Source: an uncultured SAR86 cluster bacterium
Lineage (GTDB): Bacteria; Pseudomonadota; Gammaproteobacteria; Magnimaribacterales; D2472
Assembly (NCBI GenBank): GCA_943788515.1
Contig: CALSQM010000001.1
Location: 64,501 to 128,500, forward strand
DNA: 64,000 bases
Direction of reading: 5' to 3'
Shown: positions 36,797 to 46,356 of the stretch, piece after piece
How the letters are laid out: each line of letters opens with the position of its first letter
How positions within the stretch are numbered: position 1 is the first letter of the stretch
Position numbers and translations under genes: made by a program
Notes under the pieces: generated by a model
Seen by the model: only the letters and a program-made list of their open reading frames with translations
Told to the model about the DNA's origin: nothing
The model's database searches: none

Positions 36797-38638
36797 GGAA
36801 GAGCTATCTAAGCCACATTCAGCAATCATTTCTTCTCTAGATGCATGCTCAATAAACTTATCAGGAATTCCAAATAATTTTGATTTAATATCTATATCTT
36901 CTTCTGAACAAAACTCCAGAACAGCACTTCCAGCTCCTCCAGCAATAGACCCATCTTCTAAAGAAACAAAAAAGTCTGCATTTTTTAAATACTTTCTTAA
37001 AACTTCCTTGTCTAATGGTTTTACAAATCTCATATCTATAAGAGTAAAGTTTAGTTGCTCACAAACACCACGTGCCTCATGAAGAAGCGCACCAAAATTA
37101 AGAAATATTTTATCTAATGAGCCTTCTAGAATAACTCGGCTACGACCTATTTCAATTGACTCAAGACCTTTATTTACATGAGAATCAGGCCCCGTACCTC
37201 TTGGATACCTAATAGCAGCTGGACCTTGGTGATAAAAACCTGTAGATAGCATAAGTCTTGTTTCTTGCTCATCAGATGGAGTCATAATAATAATATTAGG
37301 CACACATCTAAGGTAAGCAATATCATAGCTACCAGAGTGAGTAGGGCCATCTTCTCCTATAAGCCCAGCTCTATCAATTGCAAAAGTTACATCTAAATTT
37401 TGAACTGCTACATCATGTATAAACTGATCATAAGCTCTTTGAAGAAAAGTTGAATAAATAGCCACAACAGGCTTCTTATTTTCTATCGACAGACCTGCAG
37501 CAAATGTTACTGAATGCTGTTCAGCGATCGCAACATCAAAGTATCTATCAGGATATCTTTTACTAAATTTCACTAGACCAGAGCCTTCTCTCATTGCTGG
37601 AGTTATTGCTACTAAAGCACCATCTTTTTTAGCCATATCAACAACCCAGTCACTAAATATATCTTGATATTTCTTTTTTTGACTCTTGGTTGATTTGACA
37701 GCATTAACTTTACCAATAGCATGAAATTCAATTCTATCTGCCTCTGCCGGATCAAGGCCAGCACCTTTTTTTGTAATTACATGCAGAAATTGTGGACCCT
37801 CAAAATCTTTAAGATTACCAATAACATCAATCATTTCTTTCATATTATGGCCATCAATAGGACCAATATAGTTTAGCCCTAACTCTTCAAAAATATTACC
37901 TGGTGCAACCAGAGCCTTCATCTGGGTTTCAACTTTTCTTGCAAGATGATATGCCTGTGGCAATGGCTTTAATACACTTGCGCCGCTGTCTTTAATTCCC
38001 TTATAAACCTTAGATGCCCATATTCTAGAAAAGTAATTAGATAGACCCCCAATATTTTCTGAAATAGACATATCATTATCATTCAAAACTATTAACATAT
38101 TTGGTTTTAGGTGCCCAGCATGACTAAGGGCCTCAAACGCCATGCCGGCAGTCATAGCCCCATCACCTATCACAGCAACATGTTTTTTATTTGGATTTAC
38201 TTTTTTCGATGCTATAGCCATGCCGAGAAGGGCGCTTATAGATGTGCTTGAATGCCCAACTCCAAAAGTATCAAATTCACTTTCTTTTATTGTAGGAAAT
38301 GGCGCCAAGCCATCTTTCTTACGAATAGTATTTATTCTATTTTTCCTACCAGTAATAATTTTATGGGGATACGCTTGATGCCCAACATCCCAAATCAAAT
38401 TGTCGTCTGGAGTATTGAACAAATAATGTAAAGCAATTGTTAATTCAATAACACCAAGCCCCCCACCTAAATGACCACCACTTTGTCCTACAGAAAATAA
38501 TAAGAATTCTCTTAATTCATTGGCGAGAGTTTCTAGCTCTAAAATAGAAAAAGAACGAATATCAGATGGTACCTCTACTTTATCAAGGAGAGGAGTTGAT
38601 GGAATGCCTTTTGGTATTTCTTGAAATACCTTCATCAT
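36767..38638 (-). CDS. dxs: 1-deoxy-D-xylulose-5-phosphate synthase
   Basis: 623 aa. GGHLGGGLGVIELT, VIGDGAMTAGMAFEA, AIAEQH, GEDGPTH. Confidence 0.95.
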   Translation of the reverse strand: MMKVFQEIPKGIPSTPLLDKVEVPSDIRSFSILELETLANELREFLLFSVGQSGGHLGGGLGVIELTIALHYLFNTPDDNLIWDVGHQAYPHKIITGRKNRINTIRKKDGLAPFPTIKESEFDTFGVGHSSTSISALLGMAIASKKVNPNKKHVAVIGDGAMTAGMAFEALSHAGHLKPNMLIVLNDNDMSISENIGGLSNYFSRIWASKVYKGIKDSGASVLKPLPQAYHLARKVETQMKALVAPGNIFEELGLNYIGPIDGHNMKEMIDVIGNLKDFEGPQFLHVITKKGAGLDPAEADRIEFHAIGKVNAVKSTKSQKKKYQDIFSDWVVDMAKKDGALVAITPAMREGSGLVKFSKRYPDRYFDVAIAEQHSVTFAAGLSIENKKPVVAIYSTFLQRAYDQFIHDVAVQNLDVTFAIDRAGLIGEDGPTHSGSYDIAYLRCVPNIIIMTPSDEQETRLMLSTGFYHQGPAAIRYPRGTGPDSHVNKGLESIEIGRSRVILEGSLDKIFLNFGALLHEARGVCEQLNFTLIDMRFVKPLDKEVLRKYLKNADFFVSLEDGSIAGGAGSAVLEFCSEEDIDIKSKLFGIPDKFIEHASREEMIAECGLDSSSLEERIKKYC

Positions 38639-39513
38639 TTCCTCCTTTCAATTAGGTAATAAGCAATAGCAACAAGCCTATCAAAATTTCTAAGATTACA
38701 TCTACTAAGATCTACTATTGAAGATTCTATTAATTTTCTTGCCCTAGCTCTGGAGGGCTCAACTCCAAGTATACTTACATATGTAACCTTGTTATTCTTT
38801 TTATCAGAATTATTATTTTTCCCTAAAACCTCTGATGATTCAGTTACATCAAGAATATCATCAATAATCTGAAAAGCTAAGCCAAGTTTTTTACTAAAGG
38901 CTTTAAAACTAGATAATTCATCACTACTCAAATCATTATTTATTTGACCAAAAAGAATTGAGCATTCAATCAATCTCCCTGTTTTAAGTTCATGGATATG
39001 ATCTAAAGTTTTTTGGTCTATTTTTGTAAGCTTGGTTTCATTTTTAACATCCAAACATTGTCCTAAAACCATTCCATTTTTACCACAGGCTTTTGACAAG
39101 AGTTTTATAGCTCTTATTTTATAAGTATCAGACAAATACATATCATTGCATATAACTTCATACGAGAGAGCCTGAAGCGCATCACCGCTCAATATAGCAT
39201 TAGCCTCTCCATATTTTGTATGGCTTGAGGGTTGATTTCTTCGAATAGCATCATCATCCATGCAAGGCAGGTCATCATGAATTAAGGAGTAGGTATGCAT
39301 TAATTCAATAGATGTGGCTAATGAGATAATAGTGTCTTGCTTAAGGGTAGAATTTATTTCAGAGGAGGCGAATATCAATCCAGCGCGAACCATTTTACTA
39401 TCAGCAACTGCTGAGTAGAGCATTGATTTCTCAATAGGATTAGAATCACCAATGCTATGAGAAAGCTTAATTTTAACAAGCTCTTTTACTTCCGATAGGT
39501 ATTGTGTGACCAT
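38635..39513 (-). CDS. ispA: (2E,6E)-farnesyl diphosphate synthase
   Basis: 292 aa. First DDxxD region HDDLPCMDDDAIRR and second FQIIDDILD. Sits in xseB-ispA-dxs order. Confidence 0.9.
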   Translation of the reverse strand: MVTQYLSEVKELVKIKLSHSIGDSNPIEKSMLYSAVADSKMVRAGLIFASSEINSTLKQDTIISLATSIELMHTYSLIHDDLPCMDDDAIRRNQPSSHTKYGEANAILSGDALQALSYEVICNDMYLSDTYKIRAIKLLSKACGKNGMVLGQCLDVKNETKLTKIDQKTLDHIHELKTGRLIECSILFGQINNDLSSDELSSFKAFSKKLGLAFQIIDDILDVTESSEVLGKNNNSDKKNNKVTYVSILGVEPSRARARKLIESSIVDLSRCNLRNFDRLVAIAYYLIERRK

Positions 39514-39520
39514 TTATTGA

Positions 39521-39745
39521 TTAGGAGTTATCTAGCTCTTGCTCAGAACCATCATCAAGAAGTTCTTTAACTTTCAGTTCTGCTTCTTCGAGTTGTTTTT
39601 GACATTCTTTAACAAGGTTGATACCTGCTTCGAATGATTTTACTGAATCCTCAAGATTGATATTCTCATCTTCAAGTTTAGAAACGATAGCTTCAAGCTT
39701 TTGAAGCGAAGCTTCAAAGTCAATTTTTTTATCTGTATTTGCCAT
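39521..39745 (-). CDS. xseB: exodeoxyribonuclease VII small subunit
   Basis: 74 aa. FEASLQKLEAIVSKLE...L...SVKSFEAG, typical XseB. Confidence 0.9.
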   Translation of the reverse strand: MANTDKKIDFEASLQKLEAIVSKLEDENINLEDSVKSFEAGINLVKECQKQLEEAELKVKELLDDGSEQELDNS

Positions 39746-39761
39746 AACTTATTGTAATTTA

Positions 39762-42700
39762 TTAATCAGTTATTTTAAAAAATTTTTTAAAATCATTTCT
39801 AAGTGCATATGGTAAAGCTAGAACTGCTGGAGTAAGAATAAGAGTTATAAAGGTACTAAAACCAAGACCAAATACAATTGAAACTGCTAAATTTGACCAC
39901 CAATCAACTATTCTGCTGCCAAATAAAATATCTCTTGAAATTATGTCTAGACTTATGCCCATTGCTAGAGGCATTAACCCAAAAATTGTAGTTAGCGATG
40001 TAAGAAGAATAGGGCGCAGTCTTTGCTTGCATGCATTAATAATATGTATTGATTTTTCAAGCTGAGGAGATCTCTTGAGTTAATTTATTAAAAGTATCTA
40101 TAAGAACAATATTATTATTTACAACGATTCCTGCAAGAGTAACAATTGATAATCCGGTCATTGTTGTACTAAAAGGCATTCCAGTAATCAAAAGACCTAA
40201 AAGCACTCCAACGAATGAAATGGTTACTGAAGATAAGATAATAAATGACTGATAAAAACTATTAAATTGAGTTAATAGCATTAACAGCATAATGAAGACT
40301 GCAGTCAACCCAGCACCTATCATAAATTTATTTACTTCTTCAGTTTCTTCAGCCATTCCACCAAATTCATATGAAATATTCCTGCCAAGATCTGCATTTT
40401 TTAACCAGCTATTTAATTCTGAAACCTTGTTTGAAACTTGAGATTCATCCAAAGTTCCAGCCCCAACTTCCTGAAAGAATTTACCATTTTTTCTATTAAC
40501 AGTTTGTCTATTTTCTTTTGGAACTACCTGTATAAACGAGCTCACAGGAACCAGGCCTTTGCTTGTAGTTACATTTAAATTTCTTATCCCCGTAATAGTT
40601 CTGTCTGCTTCAGGAAATCTTGCTCTTATTTCTACTTCATCTTTTGCATCATCAGGCCTGTATTGCCCAACCTTAAAGCCATTAGTTAACATTTGAACAA
40701 GCGCCCCAACATCACCAACATTCACTCCTAACTGAGCAGCCTTTTGCTTATCAACCTCAACACTCCATTCAACTGAAGGATAAGATTTGGATGAGAAAAT
40801 ATTGATTAAACCTTCCATATTATTTCTCATATGCTTCTCAACCATATCGACAGCTTTATTGACCTCTTTTTCAGTATTCCCATATATTGATAATTCAATT
40901 GGGTTGTCAAAAGAAGGCCCTCCTAGATCTGGCGAAACTTCTACAAAGATACCAGGAAGGTCGTTCGTCGATGACTTAAGTAGACCCATTACCTCAAGCC
41001 CACTAATAGATCTTTCCGATGGGGCTGCAACCTCAACAAAACCACCGCCAATTTTATCAGCTCCCGCATTCCACCATTCGGTCCCTGCTCTCAAGTAAAC
41101 ACTGCCAACTCCCTCAGTGTTCATAAATTTTTCTTCGATTTGAACTATGATTTCTTTGGTCTCTAGGGCAGAGTAGTTTCCTCTTGCTTTAATAGTAATA
41201 TTCGCCTTTACAGGATCAACTAATGCAAAGTAAACCGTGCCTTTTCCAAAATATGTATAGCTCAACACTATAACAAATAATATTGAAATAACGCCTAAAC
41301 AGGTCTCAACTGGGTTTTTAACAAACTTTTCAATACGTTTGCCATAAAAATCAGTAAGCTTTATAAAAATTGATTCCCTATTTTCTTCTTTATTAAGAGC
41401 CGATTCTCTTTGGCCTAAATAAGTTCCCAGGACTGGAATCATAATTAACGAATAGATGAGTGACGATATCAGAACTATAAATACAGTTATTGGTAAATAC
41501 CTCATGAACTGACCTGTAAATCCTGGCCAAAATATTACTGGCAAAAAAGCAGCCATAGTCGTTCCTGTTGCTGCCAAGATGGGATAAAACATTCGTTTTG
41601 ATGCTAACTTATATCCCTCACTCCTTGATAAACCTTCAGCAATTTTTTTATCCGCATATTCCGTAATGACAATTGCACCATCAATCAACATTCCCATCCC
41701 AAGAAGCAAGCCCATCATTACAAGAAAATTCACCTCAAATCCAAGCATATAAAGAGTGAGGTATGTTAATAAAAAACAAAAAGGTATAGACAGGCCTACA
41801 AGCATAGATACTCTAATACCCATACTCGCAATAATTAAAACCATAATTAAAATTACAGCAGCTATGATATTACCATTGAGTTCTTTCACCATTAAATTTG
41901 CATATATGGTGTCATCATCAGTAATTACTATTCTTAAATTCTCTGGAAGAGTTTTTTTAAAGTCCTCAAGTATTTCTCTTATTGCATTAGAAGCATTTAT
42001 AGCATTTGCACTTTCTCTAAGGGATAGCTCCAGGGTTACAGCATCCTCGCCATTTACTCTTGCATAGGAAGTAAAGTCTTTAAAGGTTCTTTTTACATCT
42101 GTTATATCACCTAGCGTAACAATGGCATCTTTTGTAACCTTAATAGGAATTGAATATACATCTTGAGCAGTTTCAATAACACTTGGAACTTCTATATTAA
42201 AACTTCCTTTACCAGTATCTTGAGTTCCACCAGGTATTATTAAATTATTATTTGAAACAGAGTAATAGATATCCGATAGGGTAACTTCATACGACTCCAT
42301 CTTAGATTTATTAATAACTCCCTCGAGAACTTCCTCAGGAGCACCAGATAAGCGAGCTTCAAGAATTTCCTCACGAGCCTCAACCTTATCTTTTAATTCC
42401 TTTGCGTAATAAACTTTCTGCCGTATTGAGCTACTCCCAACTATGCTGATATTCATTACAGGAAAGCTTGCTTCACTATATTCTGAAATTTGTGGATCTT
42501 CAGCTTCTCTTGGAAGTTCATATTTTGTTTCTTCAACACCTTGTTTTATATCTACAAGCGCTTGATCCATGTCAAAACCAACCTCAAATTCAAGAAATAT
42601 TCTTGCAAAACTAAGACTGCTCGTTGATCTTATATTCTTAACGCCTGTTATTGTCTTTAATCGATTTTCTAATGGTCTTGCAATAAGTCTTGATGTGTCA

Positions 42701-42873
42701 CTAGGAGATGCTCCATCAAGGAAAACAGAAACAGAGATAAATGGTAACTGAACATTTGGAGATGCGGCTATTGGTATTTCTTGTCTAGCATATGAACCAG
42801 CAATAACCACCATTAATGCAATCATCATGGTTGTTTTTGCTTTAGATAGAGCAAAATCTATAATGCTTGTCAT
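39762..42873 (-). CDS. RND efflux transporter permease (AcrB/AcrD/AcrF superfamily), apparent 1-nt frameshift near C-terminus
   Basis: The 938-aa ORF 40057-42873 has 12-TM RND architecture. The last part (LKRSPQLEKSIHIINACKQRLRPILLTSLTTIFGLMPLAMG...) lies in the +1 frame, open from 40079 to 39762. The break lies within 40057-40079. Confidence 0.85.
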
Positions 42874-43739
42874 AGGAAGTTGGTTAGTACTTTTTGACCA
42901 TCCTCAACAAAACCCTGCCCTTGAATGATTAATTCTAAAGTATCAGGAATACCGGTAATCCATAATCCAGAAGCAGAATCTTCAAGAATGTAAATCTCAT
43001 GAAATATAACGATATTATCCTTAACAGACCTTACGCCTAACTTGCCTGCATCATTTAGAATTAATATTGATGGCGATATTTGATGAGCTAAAACCTTTTC
43101 AATATTTATTGTCATTTCTGCTGTTATTCCATCTCTAATCTGACCATTATTATTTTTAACTTGTGACTCTACCTTAAAAGTTCTTGTTGAGGTTGAAGCA
43201 CTTTTAGAGACAAAAGTTAATTTACCGTTAACAGTCTCACCTGTAATTAAGTCAAGGGTAACATCTTGGCCTGAACGGACCTTGTTTATATTAAACTCTG
43301 GAACTTCTGCAATAAAAGTAATAGGGTTAAGTTGAATAATTGTTGCGCACACCTGTCCTCTTTCAAGAAAGTTCCCTGGCTTAACAATTTGCTCAAGATA
43401 GCCAGAAAAAGGCGCTTTCACCTCTGTTCTATTTAACTCAACAATTCCAAGACTGCATAGTACAGCATCTTTTTCTACAAACTGGCCTTGCATAGCCCCA
43501 ATTTTTACAACTTCACCAGATGTTTTAGCTTTGATATTAACCCTTGCCTCAGATTCTGTAGTTGCTTTCAATTTTATAAGCGGTTGAAAAGAAATAGCCT
43601 TGCTTGAAAGAACCCCAACAGTAAATAAGTTATTTTTTTTTACTTCAACATCTAAGTCACTACCAGTAAAAAAACCTGACAGCATCCATAATATAATTGG
43701 AATGGATATAAATAGAGATATTCTTATATTTTTTGTCAT
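42870..43739 (-). CDS. RND efflux periplasmic adaptor (membrane fusion protein, HlyD family)
   Basis: 289 aa. N-terminal TM/signal anchor and biotinyl-lipoyl-like hairpin segments (VKAPFSGYLEQI). Overlaps the start of the RND permease by 4 nt. Confidence 0.8.
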   Translation of the reverse strand: MTKNIRISLFISIPIILWMLSGFFTGSDLDVEVKKNNLFTVGVLSSKAISFQPLIKLKATTESEARVNIKAKTSGEVVKIGAMQGQFVEKDAVLCSLGIVELNRTEVKAPFSGYLEQIVKPGNFLERGQVCATIIQLNPITFIAEVPEFNINKVRSGQDVTLDLITGETVNGKLTFVSKSASTSTRTFKVESQVKNNNGQIRDGITAEMTINIEKVLAHQISPSILILNDAGKLGVRSVKDNIVIFHEIYILEDSASGLWITGIPDTLELIIQGQGFVEDGQKVLTNFL

Positions 43740-43777
43740 ATTTTGTATTTTAGCATTAAAGATCTTTGCAATAATGC

Positions 43778-44461
43778 TTAGATATTATGCTTTTTTCGAA
43801 GTTCATTAAATAGCTTTGAATTAAGAGTTAATGATTCCATTGGTTCATTTTGTTTGGGTATTTTAAACTCATATCCCTCAATAGCTCTCTCTTTCATTCT
43901 TAAAAATATTCTTTTGAAAGCAAAAAAAAGCTCTTTACTATCTTTCTCATCAAGGGTATTCCACCCTAGCTTTTTACCTGAAAAGTATACTATTGGATGA
44001 CTCCATTGATACTCATTTCTGGGTGAATATGATTTTCTAGCCTCAATGTATGCTTCTTCAATTGACGGAAAGCCATCTTTATCCTTGATTTCAGAGCATG
44101 CTTTTACAATATCGGTAAGTGTTGGAAGGTAAGATTGTGAACCTATAACATCTTCTATTGCTTGGCCTAGTGTATCCAAAGAGAAACCCTTTAGGCTCAT
44201 TGCCCATAGTTTTTTTCCTTCATTCAATCGCTCGTCTGTCCCAAATACTTTATAAAATTGATAATGGTATGCAAGTTCAAGTTTAAGAAAAAGATTATCT
44301 ATAGAGGCTATAAATTCTTTTTTACTAGAGCTCAATTTCTGAGGCCCACGAGGAGTCTTCTCTTCTTGTTGAAAAGTCTTTTGAATATTTTCCTGGTTCA
44401 GAATGTTTTTTACTTTCTTCATTGTTTGTGTTTTGGCTACCAAGATGCCTTCTTTTAACAT
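43778..44461 (-). CDS. phage lambda replication protein P-like protein (putative DnaB helicase loader)
   Basis: 227 aa. Colinear by eye with lambda P: KLWAMSLKGFSLDTLGQAIEDVIGSQSYLPTLTDIVKAC vs RQWVLAFRENGITTMEQVNAGMRVARRQNRPFLPSPGQFVAWC; GFPSIEEAYIEARKS vs GLPNVSELVDMVYEY; YQWSHPIVYF vs YPWKSNAHYW. The start is uncertain (ATG 44461 or 44422) and both choices overlap the upstream ORF. Confidence 0.7.
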   Translation of the reverse strand: MLKEGILVAKTQTMKKVKNILNQENIQKTFQQEEKTPRGPQKLSSSKKEFIASIDNLFLKLELAYHYQFYKVFGTDERLNEGKKLWAMSLKGFSLDTLGQAIEDVIGSQSYLPTLTDIVKACSEIKDKDGFPSIEEAYIEARKSYSPRNEYQWSHPIVYFSGKKLGWNTLDEKDSKELFFAFKRIFLRMKERAIEGYEFKIPKQNEPMESLTLNSKLFNELRKKHNI

Positions 44462-45149
44462 GTTCTATGAATTTCGAATTCCATGTTGAAAAAGCCGAGC
44501 CATTCTCTCTCCAATATAGTATAAACTCTCTTAGGTATTTTGATGCTGATTCTTTTGATATTTCAGACAATTCAAGAATATCAAAAACATCTTCACTTGG
44601 TGTCCAGCTTGAGTCTAATGTATATGGCAGGCCCTTATTGGAGCTTTTTTCTTTAGCCCACTCCCTTCTAATATAATCTATATAGGAAGTATTCCAATTA
44701 TTTCTTTCCTGGCCTGTCTCTAACCAATATAGTCTAAATTCTTGGAGTTTATTATTAGCAAAGTCTTTATCAACTTGGCTCATACCTAGGATTTCAATAG
44801 CTTCTTTAGATGGATTCCAGTTTGATGATATTTTACTTTTTTGAAAATTATTGATTGGAGCCTTTTTAATATTAAAATCACCCAGCTCTTTTTTTGCGTT
44901 AATAAATTTGTACTTTATTAATTTATTGATGTTTGTTTCTACTTTTTCTTGATCAAGAAAAGGAGCAACTTCATTTAATGACTTTATCACAACATCTATA
45001 TCCTTTGAGTTTGATATTTTTTGAGTTTGATATAACTCTAATATTATTGCTGATTCAATTCCAAGGGTCTCAGCAACATCTTTGGAAAAAAAAATTTTAT
45101 CTGAGCCTTTCAAGATTTTACAATCCTCTCCTTTTTCTAACAGCGTCAC
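44325..45149 (-). CDS. phage O-like / DnaT-domain replication protein (HTH-like N-terminus plus two DnaT-type DNA-binding repeats)
   Basis: 274 aa. N-terminal FFSKDVAETLGIESAIILELY, then two ~55-aa repeats with the pattern W-x-PS...EF-x-LYW...W-N-[ST]-x-[FY]-I (aa 111-165 and 182-235). Immediately upstream of the P-like gene. Start ATG 45149 overlaps the aroG 3' end by 32 nt. TTG 45113 is an alternative start. Confidence 0.65.
   Translation of the reverse strand: MTLLEKGEDCKILKGSDKIFFSKDVAETLGIESAIILELYQTQKISNSKDIDVVIKSLNEVAPFLDQEKVETNINKLIKYKFINAKKELGDFNIKKAPINNFQKSKISSNWNPSKEAIEILGMSQVDKDFANNKLQEFRLYWLETGQERNNWNTSYIDYIRREWAKEKSSNKGLPYTLDSSWTPSEDVFDILELSEISKESASKYLREFILYWRENGSAFSTWNSKFIEHVKRRHLGSQNTNNEESKKHSEPGKYSKDFSTRREDSSWASEIEL
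45004..45033. repeat. 14-bp direct repeat x2 with a 16-bp period (TTTGAGTTTGATAT) inside the O-like gene
   Basis: Exact copies at 45004-45017 and 45020-45033. Each unit is itself TTTGAG+TTTGAT. The period is not a multiple of 3, so the copies encode different residues (YQTQK / ISNSK). Confidence 0.9.
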
Positions 45150-46167
45150 TTAAATTGCTTAAACATATTAAAGTATCATCCCATCCAATACATGCATCAG
45201 TTATGCTCTGCCCATATGTTAGGTTATCTGTCATTTTTTGATTCCCTTCAACAAGATGACTTTCTATCATTACACCATTAATGTTTCTATTTCCCTCAGA
45301 TATCTGTTCAGAAATAGATTCAATTACTGATATTTGTTTTTTAAATTGTTTTTGGCTGTTTCCGTGACTAGCATCAATCATTATTGATTCATTAACTTCT
45401 GCCTCTTTAAGGGCCGAAAGTGTTGCTGATACTGATTCAAAATCAAAGTTAGGTTCCTTACCTCCTCTTAAAATAATATGAGTATCATTATTTCCTGCTG
45501 TCTTAAGCATAGCAATATCAGCTTCTTTTGTAGCTCCTAAGAATACATGTGAATGATTTGCAGCCTGAATACCATCTATAGCGGCTTTAAGATTACCATC
45601 AGTTCCATTTTTTATACCAATTGGGCATGATAAACCTGAGGCTAGTTCTCTATGAATTTGGCTTTCAGCTGTTCTGGCTCCAATAGCGCCCCATGAAATA
45701 ATATCTGTAACATATTGGGGTGAGATTGGGTCTAAGAATTCAGTACCAGCAGGTAAATTTAACTTGGCCAAGTCAATCAATAGCTCTCTTGCCATCTCGA
45801 CCCCTTTTGCAATGTTATAGGTCTCATTTAGATCAGGATCATTGATTAAGCCTTTCCAACCAACTGTTGTTCTTGGTTTCTCAAAATATACTCTCATTAC
45901 AATGAGAAGGTCTTCTTTATATTTAATATTTTGTTCAACTAATTTTTTAGCGTATTCAATAGCACTTTTTGGGTCATGAATGGAGCAGGGGCCAACAACC
46001 ACAAGCAGCCTATCATCTTTTTCATGAAGTATTTGACTTATCTCTTGCCTAGTTCCATAAACTAATTTTGCAATTTGATCATCGATGGGGTGCTTGTTAA
46101 CAAGTTCATATGGTGCAGGAACCTTTTTTCTATCAATGATTCTTGTATTGTCTGTAGAGTAGTTCAT
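45118..46167 (-). CDS. aroG: 3-deoxy-7-phosphoheptulonate (DAHP) synthase, class I
   Basis: 349 aa. Colinear with E. coli class I-alpha DAHP synthases (GPCSIHD, KPRTTVGWKGL, IGARTAESQ, ASHGNS, C-terminal AVRKRRG). Feedback specificity (Phe/Tyr/Trp) cannot be told from sequence by eye. Confidence 0.9.
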   Translation of the reverse strand: MNYSTDNTRIIDRKKVPAPYELVNKHPIDDQIAKLVYGTRQEISQILHEKDDRLLVVVGPCSIHDPKSAIEYAKKLVEQNIKYKEDLLIVMRVYFEKPRTTVGWKGLINDPDLNETYNIAKGVEMARELLIDLAKLNLPAGTEFLDPISPQYVTDIISWGAIGARTAESQIHRELASGLSCPIGIKNGTDGNLKAAIDGIQAANHSHVFLGATKEADIAMLKTAGNNDTHIILRGGKEPNFDFESVSATLSALKEAEVNESIMIDASHGNSQKQFKKQISVIESISEQISEGNRNINGVMIESHLVEGNQKMTDNLTYGQSITDACIGWDDTLICLSNLSDAVRKRRGL

Positions 46168-46342
46168 TGTTTATATAATTTAATTATTTACGATATCAAT
46201 ATTAAATGAATGAATTTAAATTAGTAGCGATTCATTAAAAAAGATTTATTAAATTAGTTTCAGCAAATCTAAAACCGAAATAAAGTAAATTTTATTGTTT
46301 ATATAGATACACTATATGTTGTATTAATAAGCTTCAAACCTT

Positions 46343-46356
46343 ACACTATGTAGTGT
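46343..46356. promoter_or_regulatory. perfect palindrome ACACTA-TG-TAGTGT just upstream of the scpA ATG (candidate operator)
   Basis: Seen directly in the sequence. A related imperfect copy ATACACTATATGTTGTAT lies at 46307-46324. No known regulator assigned. Confidence 0.25.

Noticed and set aside
43740-46352. Prophage or integrative element around the O/P-like genes
   Set aside because: No integrase, excisionase, repressor, terminase, capsid, tail or lysis genes, no tRNA target and no flanking direct repeats were seen. Neighbours on both sides are housekeeping genes that abut or overlap the pair, so I report an orphan module rather than a mobile element.
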